64,000 bases of DNA from an uncultured Gemmatimonadaceae bacterium. GTDB taxonomy: Bacteria; Gemmatimonadota; Gemmatimonadetes; Gemmatimonadales; Gemmatimonadaceae. The stretch spans positions 32,001 through 96,000 of the forward strand of contig CAWFQK010000001.1 in the NCBI GenBank assembly GCA_963817955.1, written 5' to 3'. Under the pieces are notes generated by a model. It did no database searches and had not been told where the DNA came from. It worked only from the letters and a program-made list of their open reading frames with translations. The position numbers were made by a program, and so were the translations under genes. Of the stretch, positions 57,551 through 64,000 are shown piece by piece (positions within the stretch are counted from its first letter, which is position 1; the number at the start of each line of letters is the position of its first letter).

Positions 57551-59386
57551 ATGCCTCCAGTTCTCCATCTCTCCATTGCGCAGGTAAAGCCCCGGAAAGG
57601 TGATTATCTCGGCAACCTCCAGCGGCTGGGCGCGTTGTTCAGCCAGCTCGACCAGCTCCAGCCGCGCCCCATGGTGCTGGCGCTCCCCGAGACGGCCCTC
57701 ACCGGATATTTCCTAGAGGGCGGCGTGCGCGACAACGCGGTCACGGCTGGCACCTTGGCCCGCGATCTCGACCAGGTCTACCGCCAGGCCGTCAGTTCGC
57801 CCAAACCGCTGGACGTGACCCTCGGCTTCTACGAGATCTGGAAGAACAAGTTGTACAACAGCGCCATGTATGTGACACTGGGTGCCGGCAAACCGCGCAT
57901 CCATCACGTGCATCGGAAGGTATTCTTGCCGACGTACGGCTTGTTCGACGAAGAACGCTTCGTGGAACGCGGGCGCGACGTCCGGGCCTTCGACACACCG
58001 TGGGGACGCGCCGCCATGCTCGTCTGCGAGGACGTATGGCACAGCATGACTGGCACCGTGGCGGCCATCGATGGGGCGCAAATCCTCTTTGTCTGCGCGG
58101 CACCGCCGTCGCGCGGCGCCTGGCCGAAATCCGACGGTGTGCCCGGGCCAGCGAGCGTCAGCCGGTGGGAGCGCCTCATTCGGGACACTGCCGACGAGCA
58201 CGGTGTGTTCGTCACGCTCGCTACGCTCGTTGGCAGCGAGGGGGGCAAGGTCTTTCCCGGCGGATCCATGCTGTCCGGCCCCAAGGGAGAAGTGCGCGGC
58301 CGCGCGCCACTGTGGGAGGACGCCATCCTCTCCGTGTCCATCGACCTGTCCGATGTGACGCGCGCGCGCGCCGACATGCCGCTCATTGCCGACCTCGAGA
58401 CGATGATGCCGCATCTGCGTGCAAGTCTCGACCAGGCGATGGCCGGTGCTCCTACGGCACTCCATTATGACGCAGAATCAGGAGAGCCGCAGCAAGGTGT
58501 CGTGTTCCAGCAGGACGCCAAGCCGACCGAAGGCATCACCGTCGTGCGCGTTACGCCCTCGCAGGAAGACGCGCCGGCGCCGCTCGCGATCGACGGCGCG
58601 CTCACCGAACAGTGGCTCGTGCAATTCATTCGCGACGAGATGTCGCGCCGCAAGTTCAACTTCGCAGTCGTCGGCGTGTCGGGCGGCGTGGACTCGGCCG
58701 TGACGGCCTATCTGGCTGCACGCGCGCTCGGCCCGGCAAATGTGCTTGGCGTTCGCATGCCGTACCGAACGTCGAGCACGGAAAGCCTCGATCACGCGCA
58801 GCTCGTGATCGACGCACTCGGCATCCAGACCCGGACGATCGATATCAGCGCGGCGGTAGATGGCTATCTGGCGAACGAGCCGGACGCCGAAGGCGGCCGG
58901 CGTGGCAACGTGATGGCGCGCATGCGCATGATCACGCTGTTCGATCTGGCCGCGAAGCATCACGGCGTTCCGCTCGGTACGGGCAACAAGACAGAGCGAT
59001 TATTCGGGTATTTCACCTGGCACGCTGACGATTCACCGCCAATCAACCCGCTCGGCGACCTGTTCAAGACCCAGGTGTGGGAACTCGCACGCCACCTGGG
59101 CGTGCCAGACGTGATCGTCAGCAAACCGCCCACCGCGGATCTCGTGGTGGGACAGACCGACGAAGGTGATTTCGGCATCAGCTACGCCAAAGCTGACGAA
59201 CTTCTCAATTGGCTGCTCAACGGCTACGGCCCTGCCGAGCTGATAGCGCGCGGATTCGACGAGCAAGAGATCGCAATCGTGAAGCGGCGCGTGGAGTCCA
59301 CGCACTGGAAACGGCGTCTCCCGACCGTCGCCATGCTCAGTTCGACGGCCATCGGAGAGAGCTACCTGCGGCCCGTGGACTACTGA
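57551..59386 (+). CDS. nadE: glutamine-dependent NAD+ synthetase
   Basis: Nitrilase E/K/C residues (PETAL, HRK, VCED) plus SGGVDS, NVMARMRM, GNKTE. Confidence 0.95.
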   Translation: MPPVLHLSIAQVKPRKGDYLGNLQRLGALFSQLDQLQPRPMVLALPETALTGYFLEGGVRDNAVTAGTLARDLDQVYRQAVSSPKPLDVTLGFYEIWKNKLYNSAMYVTLGAGKPRIHHVHRKVFLPTYGLFDEERFVERGRDVRAFDTPWGRAAMLVCEDVWHSMTGTVAAIDGAQILFVCAAPPSRGAWPKSDGVPGPASVSRWERLIRDTADEHGVFVTLATLVGSEGGKVFPGGSMLSGPKGEVRGRAPLWEDAILSVSIDLSDVTRARADMPLIADLETMMPHLRASLDQAMAGAPTALHYDAESGEPQQGVVFQQDAKPTEGITVVRVTPSQEDAPAPLAIDGALTEQWLVQFIRDEMSRRKFNFAVVGVSGGVDSAVTAYLAARALGPANVLGVRMPYRTSSTESLDHAQLVIDALGIQTRTIDISAAVDGYLANEPDAEGGRRGNVMARMRMITLFDLAAKHHGVPLGTGNKTERLFGYFTWHADDSPPINPLGDLFKTQVWELARHLGVPDVIVSKPPTADLVVGQTDEGDFGISYAKADELLNWLLNGYGPAELIARGFDEQEIAIVKRRVESTHWKRRLPTVAMLSSTAIGESYLRPVDY

Positions 59387-59389
59387 CTC

Positions 59390-59797
59390 TCAGGCCGCTC
59401 GCGCACAGGCGAGGCTCACAGCCCGCCTGGCGCAACGCTTCAGGGCGCGGTGCACGGCGCGCGCATACGCTATGAAGTTGAGGCCAGCCCACGGATAGCG
59501 GGCGAAGAAATCCATCGGCAACATGTCTCCTTTCAGCCGGTTGCAGCGACCGCAAGCCAACACGACGTTGCCCGGGACGTGCGCGCCACCATGTGATAAC
59601 GGGAAAACGTGGTCGAGCGTCGCGAAGTCGAACTCCAGCGGCGAAGCACAGTACACACATCGCCTGCAGCAATCGCGCATCGCTGCGCGCTTTATCGCCC
59701 GCTTCTGATGTCCTGTGGGAAGAGACTTCGCCCGACGCATCGCGGTGCGCGGGACTCGGGGGAGGGAGACACGGTGAAATTGCCGACGTTGGGACAT
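59390..59797 (-). CDS. HNH endonuclease
   Basis: CVYC...TLDHVFPLSHGG...NVVLACGRCNRLKG; GAGGTG RBS. Confidence 0.9.
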   Translation of the reverse strand: MSQRRQFHRVSLPRVPRTAMRRAKSLPTGHQKRAIKRAAMRDCCRRCVYCASPLEFDFATLDHVFPLSHGGAHVPGNVVLACGRCNRLKGDMLPMDFFARYPWAGLNFIAYARAVHRALKRCARRAVSLACARAA

Positions 59798-59814
59798 GTC
59801 ACCTCGCTAAAGAG

Positions 59815-59856
59815 GCAACGCCCCGCCACGGGAAGATTCCCGTAGCGGGGCGTTGC
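59815..59856 (-). terminator. attenuator-like terminator immediately upstream of the HNH gene
   Basis: About 20-bp stem whose single mismatch is a U.G wobble only on the minus strand, followed by CUCUUU and then the RBS. Confidence 0.7.
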
Positions 59857-60046
59857 ACCGATCAGTGAAGAGCCGGCTACAGCGGAGACCAGACCACATA
59901 CGCCGCTCAGTGGTCGCGGCGCTCGACATGGTGCTCGATGTCGGACGAGTGGGCTCATTGGCCTTCGGTAGGGCGCATTGTTCACGCGCGCCATACAAAT
60001 GGGGTGTTCGCTCGCGTAGCGCAAGAGGAAATTGCGCCAAGAGTTG

Positions 60047-60607
60047 CTAAGTCGCGTCTCGTGTATTGTCATACGGTTCGAACAACAGCTCACCGTGTGC
60101 GCCCTCTTCTCCGTGCGATTGGCTGTCGTGGCGCAGATGTACCGATGCGTCAGGGCGCATGGGATCACGCAACGCCGAAATGATTCTCGCCGCGTACGCG
60201 TCGAGCACCGTGCGGTCGGGCATCTGCGAGGCATTGAACGGTAGCGGAATGGTGAACCCATCACCGTGGCGCCGCGGAATGATGTGTACGTGGTAATGCG
60301 GCTCGTCCTGCCCCGCTGCCGCGCCGCTATTCACCACGATGTTCATGTCGCTCGTCCCGCTCACCTGGCGCACCGCATTTGCCAGCATCATCGTGATCCG
60401 AAAGAGGTGCAACCCGAGCTCCTCTGGCACGTCCAGCAGCGATTCGTAGTGCTTGCGGGGCACGACAAGGACGTGGCCATTGTTCACAGGCTGAATGTCC
60501 ATGAAGCCGATTGCGTCCGAATCTTCATGGCAGATGGAGACCTCCGCCGCGCCCTGAATGAGGTCGCAGAAGGCGCAGCGGCTGAGCGGGCCGGACAGTT
60601 TTTCCAT
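60047..60607 (-). CDS. HIT family protein
   Basis: CAFC, DIQP, GHVLVVP, AGQDEPHYHVHIIPR. Confidence 0.92.
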   Translation of the reverse strand: MEKLSGPLSRCAFCDLIQGAAEVSICHEDSDAIGFMDIQPVNNGHVLVVPRKHYESLLDVPEELGLHLFRITMMLANAVRQVSGTSDMNIVVNSGAAAGQDEPHYHVHIIPRRHGDGFTIPLPFNASQMPDRTVLDAYAARIISALRDPMRPDASVHLRHDSQSHGEEGAHGELLFEPYDNTRDAT

Positions 60608-60683
60608 GAGCCTGGAAAACGCATAGGGAATGCCACGGACGGCTGGCTTTAGCTGCGGGCCTGACCGGCCGACACTTACAGCA

Positions 60684-62474
60684 ATGATGCCGTGGGTCGA
60701 GCAAATACCCCTTCCTGTCCAGGCCTGGCTTCCGCTCGGTCTGGCAGCGCTCGCTCCGCTCCTCCTGCTGGCGGTAGTCGCGCCCCTCTCGCGTCGTCGG
60801 GCACGGGGCATCGCTACGGTTCTCGCACTGCGCACGGTAGTGGTACTCGGTGTCGGATTTGCCACGCTTGCCACGGTTGCCACGGTATCGGTGGTGCATA
60901 CCGGTCTGCGCGAACTACGCGACCGCCACGAAACCGGCCTACGCGCCCTTGTCCGCGACCTCGAAGCGATGCCGCTCGGACTGGCCGGCGCAAATGCGCG
61001 GCTCCGTCTCACGCTCTATCAGGCGAGAGCGGCGAGTGTCGGCTTCGTTGCCGTCGGCACAAACTCCTGCCGATCCGAGTGCCTCGTGGTCGGCGACGAA
61101 ACTGCGCCCGATCCAACTGCGCTCAAAGGACGGCTCCTTCAGAGTTGGCCGAGTACCCGTCGCGACGAGTATTTCGTTCGCGTGGGTGATCGGCCGTACC
61201 TGCTGCTGTCGGAAGCCGTGCACGACGCGAAGGGCGTCGCGTACGCTACGCTCGTTGCCGGAATCGACGCACGGTACCTTGCCGACCAGGCAACGCGTAC
61301 CGCCTGGATACTGCTCGCCATCTCGTATGCGCTCCTCGTCATCGTGGGTTGGAGCTCGTGGCAACAACTCAATTCGTCACTCGCGTCGCGCATCCACGCC
61401 ATCACGGGCCAGATCCAGGCCGGCAGTGTCAGCGAATCGGACGAGCCCCTCGAGATCGATGGACAAGAGCTGCGCGAACTGGCGGAAAGCGTCTCGACAT
61501 ACATCCAGGCCACGCTCGACGAACAGCGATCGAGCGATGAACGGTATCGACGCCTCGTGGAGCTCGCGCCGGACGGCGTCATCATGTGTTCCGCCGCTGG
61601 GATCAAGTTCGCCAACTCTGCTGCGCTCGCATTAGCCGGAACGCGTAACCGGTACGATGTCATCGGCCGACCGATCGAGAAGTTCCTCAGCTTCGAGCGC
61701 GGACGTGCGGCGGATCCCGCGACCGGCGTGTTGCATCCCGGACGGTGGCGCCGTCTGGACGGCACCGAGTTGCACGTCGAGATCGCCGAGATCGCCGACT
61801 CGAGTCGAGATGGGGTGCAGCAGTTCGTCGTGCGCGACGTCACCGACCGTCGTCTTCACGAGGCAGACCTGGCGCACCGCGCCGAACATGACTCCTTGAC
61901 GGGCCTGATGAATCGCGGCCGCTTCGAGTCACGCTTGACCCACCTGCTCGGGCCCACCGGCGCACCGCATGGCCAGCTGTCACGCCACGTCGCCGTCCTG
62001 TTCATCGATCTCGACGGATTCAAGCCGGTGAATGATCGTCACGGTCACGCCGCAGGTGACGCAGTGCTCGTTGCCGTCGCCGCGCGCCTGAGGGAATCGA
62101 CCCGCGACTCGGACCTCATCGCCCGACTCGGGGGCGATGAATTTGCAGTGCTCCTGGACGTGCGGGATCATGAAGAAGTGACCGCCGTGGCCAATCGCAT
62201 CCTGCACGCACTCGAGCAGCCCGTAACGTTCGACGGCACGGAACTGTACGTGGGCGCGAGCATCGGCATCGCCGACAATCGTTCCGTAGACGCTGCGCTC
62301 GTGTCACTCGCCACCGGAGACATCGCGCGCTCAGCCGCCGAGTTGCTGCGTGCCGCCGACGTAGCCATGTATGCCGCCAAAGCAGGCGGTGGGAGGCGCT
62401 TCGGGCGGGGCGACGGATCCCTCCCAGCATCCACTGAGGACAAGCCGAGCGTTAACTTTCAGGCGATGTCTTAA
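60684..62474 (+). CDS. membrane-bound diguanylate cyclase (TM-PAS-GGDEF)
   Basis: HDSLTGLMNR, DLDGFKPVND, RDSD I-site, GGDEF. Confidence 0.93.
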   Translation: MMPWVEQIPLPVQAWLPLGLAALAPLLLLAVVAPLSRRRARGIATVLALRTVVVLGVGFATLATVATVSVVHTGLRELRDRHETGLRALVRDLEAMPLGLAGANARLRLTLYQARAASVGFVAVGTNSCRSECLVVGDETAPDPTALKGRLLQSWPSTRRDEYFVRVGDRPYLLLSEAVHDAKGVAYATLVAGIDARYLADQATRTAWILLAISYALLVIVGWSSWQQLNSSLASRIHAITGQIQAGSVSESDEPLEIDGQELRELAESVSTYIQATLDEQRSSDERYRRLVELAPDGVIMCSAAGIKFANSAALALAGTRNRYDVIGRPIEKFLSFERGRAADPATGVLHPGRWRRLDGTELHVEIAEIADSSRDGVQQFVVRDVTDRRLHEADLAHRAEHDSLTGLMNRGRFESRLTHLLGPTGAPHGQLSRHVAVLFIDLDGFKPVNDRHGHAAGDAVLVAVAARLRESTRDSDLIARLGGDEFAVLLDVRDHEEVTAVANRILHALEQPVTFDGTELYVGASIGIADNRSVDAALVSLATGDIARSAAELLRAADVAMYAAKAGGGRRFGRGDGSLPASTEDKPSVNFQAMS

Positions 62475-62486
62475 CAGTGGAGACCG

Positions 62487-64000
62487 ATGGCGACCACCAC
62501 CAGAGCCGAGCGCAAGCACGCGGGCGGCCTTTCGCGCGACCAGTTGGTCAGCGCTTATCGTACCATGCTCCTGTCGCGACGAATCGACGACAAGGAGATC
62601 CAGCTAAAGCGTCAGAATAAGATCTTCTTCCAGATTTCCGGCGCGGGACACGAGGCAGTACTTACCGCGGCGGGCTTAGTCTTCCGCCCCTCGTACGACT
62701 GGTTCTACACGTACTATCGCGACCGCGCGCTATGCCTGCAGCTCGGCATGACCGCCGAGGAGATGCTCCTCTCCGCCGTCGGCGCCGCCGCCGATCCGAA
62801 CTCCGGCGGGCGGCAGATGCCGAGCCATTGGGGACACAAGAAGCTCAACATCGTTTCAGCGTCGTCGCCTACCGGAACGCAGTTCTTGCAGGCGGTCGGC
62901 TCAGCCGAGGCGACGCTTCGCGCCAAGCTGCTCGGGATGACGGAAGGCTTCGAGAAGGACGAGGTGGTCTTCTGTTCTACCGGCGACGGCACAACGAGCG
63001 AGGGCGAGTTCTGGGAGTCGCTCAATTCGGCATCGAACCTCAAGCTGCCGGTCGTCTACCTGGTTGAAGACAACGGCTACGCGATCTCGGTTCCCGTAGA
63101 AGTGAACACGGCTGGCGGCAGCATCTCCAAGCTCGTGTCGTCATTCCCGGGTCTCCACATCGAGGAAGTGGACGGGTGCGATTTCGTCGCCAGCTACCAC
63201 GCGCTCCAGCGCGCGGTGGACTATGCGCGCAAACGGAAGGGGCCTGCGCTCGTGCACGCGCACGTCATTCGCCCGTATTCGCATTCGCTGTCCGACGACG
63301 AAGTGATGTACCGTCCGCCCGAAGAGCGTGAGGCGGATGCAGTCGCGCGATCCCGTGATCCACTTCCCGAAGTGGCTGGTAGCGGAGGGTTACGCCACCG
63401 ACGCTGATATCGCGAAGATCCAGGAGGAGGTTGCTGCCGAGGTGTTGGCAGCGGCCGATGCGGCGCTCGTCGCCGAGCAACCCGGACCAGAGACGATCTA
63501 CGACGACGTCTATTCCCCTGATGTCGATCCGACCAGCGAACAGTTCGATACTGAAGACGACCCCCAGTTCTCGGGGAATGCGACGACGATGGTCGATCTG
63601 CTCAACGTCTGCATGAAGGACGAGATGCGGCGCGACGAGAAGATTCTCATTTTCGGCGAGGACGTCGCCGATGCGTCGAGAGAAGCAAACCTGGCCAAGG
63701 TCAAGGGCAAGGGTGGCGTCTTCAAGGTGACGTGGGGCCTCCAGAAGGAGTTTGGCGGCGCCCGCGTGTACAACTCACCCCTCGCCGAAGCGACGATCAT
63801 TGGACGCGCCATCGGTCTGGCGATACGCGGATTCAAGCCTGTCGTCGAGGTGCAGTTCTTCGACTACATCTGGCCGGCATACATGCAGATCCGGGATGAG
63901 CTGGCGACGATGCGCTGGCGCTCGAACAATGCGACTTTGCGGCGCCGGTCGTCGTGCGCGTCACGTATGGCGGGTATATCCGCGGCGCGATCTACCACTC
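62487..64000 (+). CDS. fused 2-oxoacid dehydrogenase E1 alpha/beta, partial, with apparent frameshifts near 63343 and 63934
   Basis: GDG...N TPP motif and HSLSDD. After the shift the frame reads [11 protein letters not shown]...FGEDVA...NSPLAE...EVQFFDY. Confidence 0.9.

Noticed and set aside
63330..63945. Two frameshifts in the fused E1 gene, as programmed frameshifting or pseudogenisation
   Set aside because: There is no slippery sequence, the protein is well conserved on both sides, and the two indels cluster near the window end. Read or assembly error is more likely.

Overview
High-GC bacterial chromosomal window. The gene repertoire suggests Gemmatimonadota, but that is an inference only. 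Core content is mostly housekeeping and envelope genes: an S9 peptidase (partial), MFS transporter, ggt, xdhC/U-type scaffold/mocA, ispH, LD-carboxypeptidase, sthA, yjjX, pfkA, rho, TamA/TamB-like pair, DEAD and DEAH helicases, lon, S10 peptidase, class A PBP, nadE, HIT protein, a GGDEF protein and a fused 2-oxoacid dehydrogenase E1 (partial, frameshifted). Six features stand out. (1) A coupled four-gene ECF sigma / CBM48 anti-sigma / secreted protein / beta-rich CBM48 protein operon at 27.6-30.7 kb, a candidate alpha-glucan-sensing trans-envelope system. (2) A 75-aa CxxU Rdx/SelW selenoprotein missing from the ORF track, with a SECIS-like hairpin (26416-26643). (3) A decayed, integrase-less integron cassette array at ~16.8-21.1 kb carrying HigBA, HicBA and other cassettes. 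(4) Three paralogous Ser/Thr kinases sharing a TM plus C-terminal helical architecture. (5) An attenuator-like leader with five in-frame stops ahead of an HNH gene. (6) A dispersed ~140-bp repeat built from heptamers. I recognised no rRNA, tRNA, CRISPR array, integrase or transposase.
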